A stretch of 63,129 nucleotides of DNA, counting the filler, from Lenisia limosa (lineage: Eukaryota > Protista > Breviatea), in NCBI GenBank assembly GCA_001655205.1. It is 9 parts of 9 records of this genome, joined end to end, with 100 filler letters (N's around TTAATTAATTAA, not from the genome) between each part and the next. Parts side by side here need not be neighbours in the genome. Positions count along the whole stretch, not along the records: positions 1 to 15,206 come from LPNZ01005902.1; positions 15,307 to 20,814 come from LPNZ01001084.1; positions 20,915 to 27,856 come from LPNZ01009313.1; 6 more parts are not named here. One strand, given 5' to 3'. A program made the translations under genes and the position numbers. Under the pieces are notes generated by a model, which made no database searches, was not told where the DNA came from, and worked only from the letters and a program-made list of their open reading frames with translations. Numbering within the stretch: position 1 is the stretch's first letter; every line of letters starts with the position of its first letter. Positions 12,550 to 25,100 of this stretch are shown piece after piece.

Positions 12550-15110
12550 TCAAACAGTGAGTCGAGGACCGTCAGCCGTCATGTCCCTGCGCTCCAATCG
12601 GTAGTATGACTCTTCTGCAGCATAAGTAGGTAATAAGACGAGAAAGGTATTTATTTATCAAGTTTTCGGCTCACTCGCAAAACGGTCAAAGATACCTTCG
12701 GAGTAACACGCGTTGATTTCATCATAGTCAATAGGCTTTGAGAAATCATGTTCACTAAAGGGATTAGCTACTGCCCTGTTTGTGCTGAAACAATGTAGAA
12801 AGAAAAATTTTCAAAGTCTGATGCCTTCCTATTTGGATAATTTTGGAAGATATTTTGCCTGGTACCCGACCCCCACAGAGGAGGCGGCACCGCAGCAGGA
12901 GCGGCCGCCGCATTTGGATTATATCCAAGTGGTCCTGGTACATAATGACTTCCGTCTGTGGTGGGTGCAACCTGGGGGGATGAGAGGCAGGGGGGGAAGA
13001 AGAAGAAGCCAGAATAAGGGAACCAAAAGTGAAAATTTGACAAAAAACGAGACAATTTGAAAACTGAAACAAACAAGCAAAAAAAACAAGAAGGCTTGAT
13101 CCTAAAAAGCGACGTTAGATCCTTAGAGTGGAAAATTGAATGTGGGAATGTGAACAGTCAATGAGTAAACTGAAACTTGACACATACAAGCATTTGACTG
13201 GTGCCTCCACCTTGCTGCTGCTGCTGCTGTAGGATAGCCTGTTGCATTTGTTGCATTTGTTGCAGCTGAAGCTGTTGGTCTCCACTAGGCTGAATAGGCC
13301 GACCCTAGAGAGATCAGAATATANNNNNNNNNNNNNNNNNNNNNNNNNNNNNNNNNNNNNNNNNNNNNNNNNNNNNNNNNNNNNNNNNNNNNNNNNNNNN
13401 NNNNNNNNNNNNNNNNTCCACGAAGTTTGCCTGGCCTGATTGCTGCTGTTGGTAGTACTGGGCTAGAAGTGGGCCTGTCAGGTAGGACTGCGCGATTCCC
13501 TGCGGTCCGTATAGCCTGAAAAGTCAGAGGAGAGGAAATGGCCGAATGTGGAATAAGACGAAAGCCTACACGGCGGCCGCACGGGCCTGAGCGGCCGTCG
13601 GGTTACAGTCCTTGACGTTGGCGCCTGCAAGAAGGACTGGTGACCGCTTCGTACCCCAGGCTACTCTCAATAGCGCACCAGCTGGAGGGTGGGTTCATTA
13701 CATTTACTATAATCCATTTCTTAAATGAAAAGTTTCGCATAAGATTTAATGAGAAAACTCTTATTCTTCATCCATTCGACCCCCATCTTACAAGGTAGTC
13801 TCATGTTGTGTGTCTCTTTGATCGCTGATCTAGCAGCCTCTTTTTGAGAAAATTCAATAAATGCACAATTCTGGGGGGGGGGGGGGGGGNNNNNNNNNNN
13901 NNNNNNNNNNNNNNNNNNNNNNNNNNNNNNNNNNNNNNNNNNNNNNNNNNNNNNNNNNNNNNNNNNNNNNNNNNNNNNNNNNNNNNNNNNNNNNNNNNNN
14001 NNNNNNNTTTCTCAATCAACTTGATATTAGTAATGTCACCGTACATAATGTAGAGACTGCGGAAGTAAAAACTAAAACCCACACACAGACACCACACACA
14101 CATAGTGTATACATACACGCATAAAAAAAAAGGGGGGAAGTGGCAATCCCATCCCACTCTGCTAAATGCTTTTCTGTAGTTTCTTCTGAGATATTGCCAA
14201 CCTAAATTGTAAGAAATATATGTAATATAAGATAAAGAACAATGAAAGAAATGATTATTATCCAGTGCTGATCCTATCCTCGATAGCCTACAAAGATTGT
14301 GGTGTTGAAAGGGTCATTATGTGGGTCTGTTGAGATGATATCTCCAACATCCGGCCGCCCATGTTGTCCAGTTCGGAGGTCCATCTTGTCCGGGCCCGAC
14401 TCTTCAATATAGCGATCGTAAGATCCATAGAGGGTTCCACCGCTTTCAGTCTACATTGTCACACGCACAAAAGCAGAATCGTGTCATTATTAACTTTCAA
14501 ACGTCTCTCAATGTTCTCTTTGCTTACCCTTTTACACGCCTGGTTCATTCGAATGGGGCGTCCAAGGAGATTGAAACCTTGATGGTGAGGGCTGAAGCAA
14601 AACAGCAAAAAAATTCTGACATGGCAAAATATATCATATACACTATGTATTCCTTATGCGCAAAACAAAAAACCCAGTTATCAATTGGGCTTCTAACATC
14701 AACGCATATACGGCCCAGGCTAGTTAATAGGGGGGGGGGGGTNNNNNNNNNNNNNNNNNNNNNNNNNNNNNNNNNNNNNNNNNNNNNNNNNNNNNNNNNN
14801 NNNNNNNNNNNNNNNNNNNAACATCGATGGAAACTGATTGAGAAGGAAGTGAAGGGAATGGTGGAAAGATTACACACCGTTCATCTCAACAATAGCTTTC
14901 AAAGACTCTTCGCGATCTGAGAAACGGACAAAGCCAAAACCTGTACTCGTAAGTACTCGTAAGTTGTCAAGCAGTGGAGAGAATATGCAGTTGCCAAAAG
15001 GATCGAGAAATGATGCGTGTCTCACCTCTTGACCCTTCAATAGGGTCTGAAATGATCTTGGTAGAAAGGAACGACTTATAGCCTGCTGCCACAAACACCT
15101 CCTGGAAAAA
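12550..15110 (-). CDS. RBP45/RBP47/NAM8/TRNAU1AP-type multi-RRM RNA-binding protein (5' partial)
   Basis: YKSFLSTKIISDPIEGSR-GFGFVRFSDREESLKAIVEMNG-FNLLGRPIRMNQA, NCAFIEFSQKEAARSAIKE...LLRVAWG, a poly-Q exon, and a TGA stop at 12550-12552. Confidence 0.8.
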
Positions 15111-15206
15111 TGAGACTCACAGTTATATATATACTGTAAAACACCATTGGTCTGACCTGAGAAGTCTGTTGGCCTAAAACACCAAAAAAAAACACAACCC
15201 GCAAAA

Positions 15207-15306
15207 NNNNNNNNNNNNNNNNNNNNNNNNNNNNNNNNNNNNNNNNNNNNTTAATTAATTAANNNNNNNNNNNNNNNNNNNNNNNNNNNNNNNNNNNNNN
15301 NNNNNN
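15207..15306. other. Artificial scaffold-joining spacer (44N-TTAATTAATTAA-44N)
   Basis: Six-frame-stop linker centred in a fixed 100-bp N spacer; eight copies in the window. Confidence 0.95.
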
Positions 15307-15307
15307 A

Positions 15308-18300
15308 TCGTCACCGCATCCAGTGTTCCCCCAAGGTTTGTCACCTCTATTTCTGACCATATTGAGACTGAGTACGGCTAAGAGAGGGTTAGTTGTTGAT
15401 GGACCACGGAGCAATTCCTAGCAAAACTGTCTATTTTGTGGTTATCATTGTACTATTTCTCTTTCACACACTCCTGTAGCTTTGACGAGACTCCCATCAA
15501 ATCAAGTCCTAATGGGAGATATAACCTTGAGCCAAACCAGCGCGAAGACCTGGCCTCTAGTACCGGGTGGGTGGGGTATCCTTAATCAGTTTTTTTGATA
15601 CTCAGTTTTTTTTTTTTTTTTTTTAATGTTTCTAGCCGCATTTAGATTAGAAGTGCTTGTTAACCACATTTAGAAGTGTGGGCAGTGCACAGTCCAACGA
15701 TGATGAAAGGCCGGCAGTTGGCAGTGGCAGTTACAACCTGGATGAGGCTCTCGAGAGCAACCCCAGCAGACCGCTAATTCAGCGCCGACTCAGCAATGTA
15801 GCTGGGGACATCTTTTTATTATTTGTTAGTTGTATGTGCAGCTGTTTTTTTTTTTTGAAAAAAATATATCATACACTATAGAGTACCACAGGAATTTTCA
15901 TATTTTTTTGGAAGCTCTTCATAAATCGGAAACATGTTGCACTCACAATTAAGGCGACAATGCGACGACTGAGTACCAGACGCCTCAATGACGAGCCGCC
16001 CACTCCCGAGGCCTCTCCGCCCCCTGCAAGCTCCCCTCCTGTACGGCGGACTATCACATATTATGTACATTCTTATACTTGCTTGAATTATACTTCTAGC
16101 TACATTCATTAAATATTTTATGAATATAATGATATATTCAACAAGCCATATAGTACATTTAGTAAATATAAGTATTGATATGAAATATCGTTAGTATACA
16201 TTATAATACCGGTCTGCTCGCGCTAACTTGGCAGTCACGCCGGCGTCCATCTTCCACAGCCAGCCAGGACGAAGCCTCAACACCCAACCGGCGGCCTAGT
16301 GCGGGAAGGAGGAGCTCCGCATCTCCGTAGGCCAAAGTCTAGTGCAACTGAATAGTATTTCTCCCTCTTTTGTTGGTTTGATCATCACATAAGAAGAGAA
16401 CGGGGGTGTTCATTGTGTTAGCTATCTTTCTTGTTGATTGATCCAATTGTGCTATCTCTTGCTGTATCTTTGGCGAGTTGATTTGGGCTTTTTTTGATGC
16501 GGTGCTGNNNNNNNNNNNNNNNNNNNNNNNNNNNNNNNNNNNNNNNNNNNNNNNNNNNNNGGGTTTTGTTCCACATTAGCATTCGATTAACATCAGATTG
16601 TTATTACTCAAGCTCTCAGGGGCTTTCATAGATACTACTTAAAAATATGGACGAAGAAAACAAATTGTAAGATCTAGAATGCAGTGTCAGGAGGACACCC
16701 ATATTGGACGAATGCTGTGTCTTGATTCCTAGAATACTATGACACACCCCACTGGAGTCCTATTTTCTATTTATCATGTATAAGACCGGTAATTAGAGGG
16801 ACGTGGCGGGAGGGGACCAAATTTTAGAAAAGAGGCTCAATCAATCTAAATAGTAGTGGCTTTCAATTCAGGTATTATTTATTTTCATAAGTAGTGTTGT
16901 ATTCTATTGTTATAATAATTAACTGCTACCGAAATAAAATAGTTGTTAAACACACTGCTGCATTTAAAACTGTTTTTTTCAGTCTATTATTATAACAAAT
17001 TTTTCAATTTTACCCCCCCTCCCCAGGGACACGAGAACCCCGCCTACACCGCAATCACAAAGGCCGTCCAAGGCTGGAGCGGCTGACGTCACTACCGACC
17101 AGCTCGTAGCCCTGCCACGGCCAGAGGTGGAAATGAAGGTTGGGTGCGATGCGTGTGGAGTTTCTGCTTATTCTTGGTGAAAACAAGCTAAAATATGACT
17201 GTTAACAGGGACTTGCCGGCAAGCTTGCAGCAAATGTGGCCTGGGAACAGCAATGGACCGGTTAGTGGTTACCACCTAGCTTAATGCCTTCCTCTCCGTT
17301 GTATCATTATTCAGCTATCAATGTGTTCCGTGCGCTCGTGGTGCACCATACTCCGATCATTCTCTCTTCCGATCTTCATAGCATTGTTTTACTGGTATGA
17401 AAGTTCCTTTGAAACCCCCCGTACTAACCTCTTAGATTGTTGCGCTGGTTGATAATTTGAGGTCGGCAGTATCAAAGAATGGTAAGAGGTTTCCCTTTTG
17501 GTCTTGCGCTCTTCTCAACCAATCATGCTGACCTTTTAGCATTATTTGCACTCGAAGACATGTTTGTCTATCTTGACAAAAATTGTGACCCCGAAATGAA
17601 CACCGTGGTATGCCAGCGGACTAGCGCATTGTCTTCTTCTTTCTTCTGGGTTTTTGTTCACCCCTCCCCCGAAACCTGACCACACTAGATCCCAATGCTT
17701 GTCAAGAAGGCAGGAGAAATGAGTGCCTTCCTCAATGATGCCGTTAACAAGGCCTTCGAGGTGGGGACAGAGGACTGGGCAAGGATTATAACAATTATGG
17801 AGCGGTTTATCAAATCTATGTATGTATGTGCTATATGAATTATTCAAAATGGTACCCGTATGTTATTCCTTGTTAATAAATAAACAAGGATATTGAGCTA
17901 CATGGCCTTGGCTGGTGATGCCCTGTGCTCATATATGTTTTTTTCTTCGGGATCCCAACCGATTATCTATGGTGTTTATTTGCTTTGTTACTTTCAAACT
18001 CCCGTGAGTCTCAAATAGGGCAGAAATGTTTATTTTGAGAGTTCCTTTTTCATTCCCCAGGCAATTGTACAGCACAGCACCCCGAGCCGGGCCTTGGCCT
18101 CTCTCGTTACCCACGCCAATCACAAAGTGCCACACGCTCGCGCCACCGCCATGATGTACATCGCCAACATCATCACTGTCTTCGGCAGCAGAGTGGGGAG
18201 AGGGTAGCATTGTCTTGAGTTAATCCACGTTTGTACCAAATTGAATAAGCTGGAACGCTAAAAGGTCGTTAAAAATGGTAAAAACTAGCAATATCAGACA

Positions 18301-20733
18301 TAATTCTCGGCTAACACCCCCTCCCCGCCAGGTTCTGCAGTGTCGTGACATTGAGCGGCTGTTGTCCCTCATTGTCCAATTCCTGGGTGAAGGTTCGGTT
18401 GCTATTCGAAACGCCGCCAAGGTGAGTCCATTAGAACAAAACAGAAGACCATGTTGACATAGTTACTTATTCCTTTCACCAAAAGAGACTGTTCACATTA
18501 TCAATTACATTTTTGCATTTGCAATTGCCCTTTTTCCATTAGACCCTCTCATTTTGACCCATCAGCGCGCCGTTCATGCACTTTCCAAGGTGTCGTCCCC
18601 TCAACAAGTCGAAAGCGTTGTTCAGCGCCACCTCAATGATGTGGGCGGGGGTCGAGACAAAGTGTAGTGATAATTATCTTACAGCAGAATGCAATCAAGG
18701 TTTCGTATTCTATTCCAATTATATATCCCATTTACAAGATTTTTAATTTTCTCAACCAGGCATTCTTACTTTTAAGAAAAACCAGCAGCTCATCATGGAC
18801 ACGCTGTCCAAGCCCATCGAAGAAGGCAGGGTTGTCGGCACCCCAGTATGTTTTCTGGTCATTTCTGCTAATCCTATGTTTTTGTCTATTCCAGCATTTA
18901 TCTCTATTGTTCAAAAACCAGCATGACCCCCCTCCACCATATTTTGTATTTATGAGGCAGCGACAATTCGATTTTGATGTATTGCAGCCGTGTTTTTGAT
19001 ATTAGTACCACAATCTCATGTTGTTAGACTCGGCGTCGCTCCATCAACAGCCGCAGTAGACCGTCATCGTCCTCGTCAGTCGCTACTAACGGTACCGCCG
19101 CTACTTCCGATAGCTCCCCCACCCTTCCCACTGCACCTTCACCCGCTCCTTCACGCACCTCCACATCGTACGCTCGGCTTTAGCTGTGTCCTTGTTTGTA
19201 AATTATTCTATGGTAACTATTGTGTTATGTTTTTTTTTTTTTTTTCGTTCTTTTTCACCAAACAGTCGCATCAATATCACCATATCGTAATGTTAGCGTC
19301 CCCCCTTTCCCGTCATGCTATAGGCGGAGGTCGGCCAGACCGTCGTCGAAATCCGCCAGGCCGGCCCAACCCCAGATTGCTGGTCTTGACGCCATGCTCC
19401 AGGATATGTCGTATGGGGGTTATCGGGATATAGGTGTACATTTTTGTGTACATGACTTTATTTTTGGATCTCGCTGAGTTTATCATTTTCAAATGTGTTC
19501 CGAATCTCTTTGTAGTGATTAGCAATATATGCGATCATCGGACGTACAATCATTAGTAATGTTGCTTTACCACAAACGTTGACTGTTTCTGACCTTCCAA
19601 GTGGGAGCGATTGGAAAGTTCGCCTCGAAGCAGTGGACAGACTGGTGGGTTTGGGGCTTGCTTTCAAGATGAGGGTTATGGCTGAGTCAACACAACATTT
19701 TTAAATCCTCATTTCCACACCCAGTGAAAAGCAGTCAAACCCTACATTGACGAATTTTGCTTATCTGCCTCCTAGACTGAGATTGTGACTGGACATCCGG
19801 CTGCTGCCGCCTCAAAACTGGTGCGCATCTTCGACGCCTACGTCCCGGTAAGGCCATGTCTTCTTTCATTGAAATTGCTAATCTATACTTTTGTTGCAAT
19901 TGCTCTTTTGCATTATTTCATGGATTGGAACTCTATTGCCTTCTACCATGGATTGCTAATTGGTTTAGCGACTGAAAGACAGTAACAGCAAAGTACTTGT
20001 CCGTTCACTGGAGTGCTTGACACCCCTTGCCGAGGCTCTTGGGGTGAGCTCATACAACTTTTTCCGTTTTAATTATGACGGTGTTGAATATCTACTTGCT
20101 CTTGAGATTATAGCAACAAATGATGAATGATATGAATGATATGTTTGTTATATGTATTATACATGTATGTTGTAGCCCCTCCCACGTTATTCAGTTCTCT
20201 GCAATTGGATTTACCCCATAGGACGACTTGGAGCCCATTCTTGCAGTCCTCATCCCTCCACTAGCGTCCAATTTGGCGGCAACGCAAGTGACTATTCGCG
20301 AACTTGCCTCGTGAGCGGCTATACTTTTAATTTATTTCATCACTGTCGATGGCCCGAAAATTCCATCTTGTTCTCACTTCATAGAACGTCATTCGATCGA
20401 CTAAACTCCACCATTTCCCCACATCTTCTTGCTCAGGTGAGTTGCTTATTCATTGACAAGAGGCATACTTACAAATAGCGACTTGTTCATTCTAAGAAGC
20501 ATATTATACTTGTGTATACCCATTGGCTGTTTTCTACCAATGATTGGCAATGCTGACCCGTGCAGTCCTACGCCCAGGTTGTGATATTCGCCAACAGCCG
20601 TGTCAAGGCCGGTATGGTCCTCAAACTGGCAGCCCTCGTCCCCGGCCTCAGTAATAAGCAGGCCGTCTTGCAGCGGCATGTGGTCCCTGCTGCGGTGCGA
20701 TGCCTCGACCAGCCCAAGGGCGACATCAAAGCG
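15308..20733 (+). CDS. TOG-array ciliary protein, TOGARAM/FAM179/crescerin-like (partial at both ends)
   Basis: Ser/Pro/Arg-rich linker exons, then two HEAT/TOG domains: AWEQQWTAINVFRALVVHH...LVDNLRSAVSKNA...LVKKAGEMSAFL and SDWKVRLEAV...RLKDSNSKV...VLQRHVVPAA. NLRS.VS and D.N.KV motifs fit the TOGARAM TOG3/TOG4 region. Confidence 0.75.
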
Positions 20734-20814
20734 GTGGGTAGCTGATTTGTTGCTTTGAAGACTTGGTAAATATCAATCTTCCCGTAAGCTGGAGATGGCC
20801 TGGGCTTTGTTTGT

Positions 20815-20914
20815 NNNNNNNNNNNNNNNNNNNNNNNNNNNNNNNNNNNNNNNNNNNNTTAATTAATTAANNNNNNNNNNNNNNNNNNNNNNNNNNNNNN
20901 NNNNNNNNNNNNNN
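20815..20914. other. Artificial scaffold-joining spacer
   Basis: TTAATTAATTAA at 20859-20870 within N run. Confidence 0.95.
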
Positions 20915-20942
20915 AGTGTAAATAATGTAGGGGGGGGGGTAA

Positions 20943-22077
20943 GAGGAGTTGAAGGCTACGGAGGAAATCACTCTTATTCAGGACCCCGATGTGCTTGACA
21001 CTATGGGCGGTGCATACAACTAATGATATCGATACTTTGGAGGGGTCGTTTGTACTGTGACTAGGGCTTCACTTGGGTCCCGAAAACAACCGATAAAATA
21101 TCGAAGATTTATCGAGGATTAATCGAGGGTTTATCGAGAATTCAGGCTTTTTGTGACCGTTAGGAAGGAAACCCTTGTAATGATATTATCCCTTACAATC
21201 CCACCCTTCATTTCCCAATACCATCACCTCGAAAACACCATGACGCTGCAGTGGTTCTCCAGTGGACTCTTCCCCTTCTCAGTCTTCTCATGGCCTGATG
21301 ACACCGCAGATTTACGAGACTTCTTCCCAACTAGGTAGGGGGGGTATTATTGTCATGTGGTAGTTGATTTTATATATAGTATATTCCATTTACGATTAGT
21401 ACCTTTACGCCAGTATTCTTCATCGAAATTTCCTTCGTTTTACTCCCCCCCTCATAAATCAGCCTTCTTACACGTCCTTCGTATTTCCTATCTAATAACC
21501 TGCTCTTTTTACTCCTCTTTAGCCTGCTCGAAACCGGACACGACATTCTGTTCTTCTGGGTAGCCCGTATGGTTATGATGTCCCTCCAACTCACGGACAA
21601 ACTTCCCTTCAAACAGGTGGGACGGTGTCTTGATTTTGGGTAATTTGTTTCACATTTATTTGTTTATTTGTTAATGATTTCGTTGCAGTTTTTCCACTCC
21701 CGTCTTGTGTGGCCCTCCCCACCTTACAACACCCCAGGTTTACCTCCATGCTATGGTGCGTGATGCTCATGGAAAGAAGATGTCCAAGGTTNNNNNNNNN
21801 NNNNNNNNNNNNNNNNNNNNNNNNNNNNNNNNNNNNNNNNNNNNNNNNNNNNNNNNNNNNNNNNNNNNNNNNNNNNNNNNNNNNNNNNNNNNNNNNNNCC
21901 TCCGGAAACGTTCTGGATCCCATTGATGTGATGGAGGGTATCAGCCTGGAGACCATGCAGAAGAAGCTTCTTGAAGGTATTGCTACTGGGCTGTTTTTTG
22001 TTTCATAATTTGTCCAATTTTACCTTTGCTGGAGTGATGGGATGTGATGCTGCAGAAGCGACTGGCCCGGGCTTTGT

Positions 22078-22109
<32 letters not shown>

Positions 22110-25100
22110 CCCGCGCGCGCTTCCTATATCCTCTATTTAGGGCTTCACTTTGGTTCAAAAAAGACTGAATTTCTCGATAAATCCTCGAAATCTAGCAATG
22201 TTTTAGCGTTCTTTTTCGAACCGAAGTGAAGTCCTAGTTATATCCCACCCCTGGCAACCTCATATAACCCCCCAGGCAACCTCCCGGCCCGCGAAATTGA
22301 GCGAGCCAAGAAGGCGCAGCAGGAGGACTATCCCAACGGTATCATCGAATGCGGCACGGACGCCCTTCGTTTCGCCCTTGTGGCCTATACCAGCCAAGGT
22401 GGAGGGGGGGGATAAATTGTGGGGAAATTATGTGTGATATAAACAGGGGGGGTTATATGATATCAAGGATAATTATATGATTAAATGGATTTATTCTATG
22501 ATACAAATATAAACAAGGGAGGGGGGGGGGGGGNNNNNNNNNNNNNNNNNNNNNNNNNNNNNNNNNNNNNNNNNNNNNNNNNNNNNNNNNNNNNNNNNNN
22601 NNNNNNNNNNNNNNNNNNNNNNNNNNNNNNNNNNACAGAAGCGACTGCCTGGGCTTTGTTTTGTTGTTATCCCAACAGAGTTGATTTCGGGCTTTTGTTT
22701 TATAAATGTTCCAGTTTTACTCTCCCTATAACCTTGGCAGGTCGTGACGTCAACCTCGACATCAACCGAGTTGTCGGTTACCGTGCCTTCATGAACAAGC
22801 TCTGGAATGCCACAAGGTACCCGGGGGTATTCTGGGTTTTTTTAAGGTGTGTTTTGGGAGTATTTTCGGGGTGTTTATGGGATATGGGGGATTGTGTGTT
22901 GTCAGCCAACCGAGTTGATTTGGGATTTTTGTTTCATCTATTATCCCATTTTACTCCCTCCCCCCTCAATAAATCAGGCTTCTTTTCTTACACGTCCTTC
23001 ACATATTTCCTATCTAAGAACCTGCTCTTTTTACCCTTCCTCCCCCCAGATTCGCTATGATGAAGCTTGGTGACGACTTCGCCCCCTCCGCCACCGCAAC
23101 GATCCCAGATTCCGCCTCCCTTGCCGATCGCTGGATCTTGTCAAGACTGTCTAAGGCATGTGCTGCTATCGACAGTGCTTATCAAAAGTGAGGAGAAGGG
23201 AAGTAAAAATGGGTGATTGATAGTTTTCTCAAAGATGTTTACTCGACCACCACCGTCAACCACTTATGTATATTATCTTATCTCCACTTGATAGTGTGAA
23301 CGGCTTCGGCCAGATAAAACGTTGTTTTTTTATTTATTTATTTCTCATTCCCTTGTTTACTTGTTTTTAACACCTGTGTCTTTCCCATGCTAGTTAACAG
23401 AGTTGATTCTGGGCTTTTTAATTTCATAAGTCTCTATTGAAACTAGGTATCGTAGAGTTCCAGCGGTTGACATTTTCCATTTTATCTCCCCCGCTTCCCC
23501 TAACTTCCCTTTAGCTTTGAATTCAGCAATGTTGCCAATCTCTCTCAGAACTTCTGGCAGGTGAGTTGAAGGGGGTATATTAGATGCTGCTGTTAATATT
23601 ATTACATTCTTCATCGAAATTTCTTTTTTTTCTGGTTTTAGCGTCTATCATTGCTTGTTTTTTAGTTTTTGTTTGGAGTTTCAGATTATTCGGTTCGTGA
23701 TTAGTACCTTTATGCCAATATTCTTCATCGAAATTTCCTTCGTTTACTCCCCAGTACGACCTTTGCGACAACTACCTTGAAATGATCAAGCCCGCCTTCG
23801 AGGCTGGTGTTGACCCCAAAATCACTGATGCTGCTCGCCAGGTTTGCCTTTTGGGGGAATTTTTAACTCGGAATTGCGAGGACGTTACAATGTATCTATT
23901 GAAAGGAGGTTTATTGTATATATATATCGGACGTTGTCGGGGATGTAAGTGTGAGTTGTAAAGCTAATGATTGGGAAAATTTCTTCGTTTACTTCCCCCC
24001 TCCCCCCCAATACACCTCTTTGAAGTGANNNNNNNNNNNNNNNNNNNNNNNNNNNNNNNNNNNNNNNNNNNNNNNNNNNNNNNNNNNNNNNNNNNNNNNN
24101 NNNNNNNNNNNNNNNNNNNNNNNNNNNNNNNNNNNNNNNNNNNNNNNNNNNNNNNNNNNNNNNNNNNNNNNNNNNNNNNNNNNNNNNNNNNNNNNNNNNN
24201 NNNNNNNNNNNNNNNNNNNNNNNNNNNNNNNNNNNNNNNNNNNNNNNNNNNNNNNNNNNNNNNNNNNNNNNNNNNNNNNNNNNNNNNNNNNNNNNTTGTG
24301 CCTTTCGTCTCAGAGGAACTCTGGCAGAGACTTGCGAGAAGGTCTGGCGATACCCCGGGAGTAATTACTCTGAATAGTATAATTAGCATACGACAATCCA
24401 ATATCTCTTATCTGTGTAATGGTGTGGACGGCTTCAGTCAGATACAAACTTTTAGCTATTCTCCCTCATAATATTACACTCACGTCACTATTTCCCCCCA
24501 TAATTCCCTCGCAGATCGACCGACGTTGCACCGTCCATCATGGTTGCCGAGTTCCCTACTGGCAATACTGACTGGATCAATACTGTGGGGAGGGGGCTAC
24601 TCACCTTTTCCTTTCCTTTTTAGGAAGTTGAACATTTTTCCTCTTTTACTTTCCTTTTCAGGAAGTTGAGAATATTTCCTCTTACTTTCCTTTTTAGGAA
24701 GTTGAGAGCACTTTCACTCACGTGACCGAAGCCATTCACGCCGTCCGGTCTGGGGGGGGGGGGGNNNNNNNNNNNNNNNNNNNNNNNNNNNNNNNNNNNN
24801 NNNNNNNNNNNNNNNNNNNNNNNNNNNNNNNNNNNNNNNNNNNNNNNNNNNNNNNNNNNNNNNNNNNNNNNNNNNNNNNNNNNNNNNNNNNNNNNNNNNN
24901 NNNNTGTCCGCTCTTCATACAACCTTGCTCGCAACATCAAGCCCACCGTCTTCATTCGCGAGACCCTTGCTGGAGGCCTTGCTGCTACCATGGTTGAGGG
25001 GAGATTTTTATGATTATTATTTCTCCTTTGAGGACATTATCAATATTTACGATTATATTATTCAATAAAGACGGGTTTAGGAGGGCCTACCTGGGTTATT

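Noticed and set aside
21003-21251. U12-type (minor spliceosome) intron in ValRS
   Set aside because: The donor is ATGGGCGG, not ATATCCTT, and I saw no TCCTTAAC branch motif.
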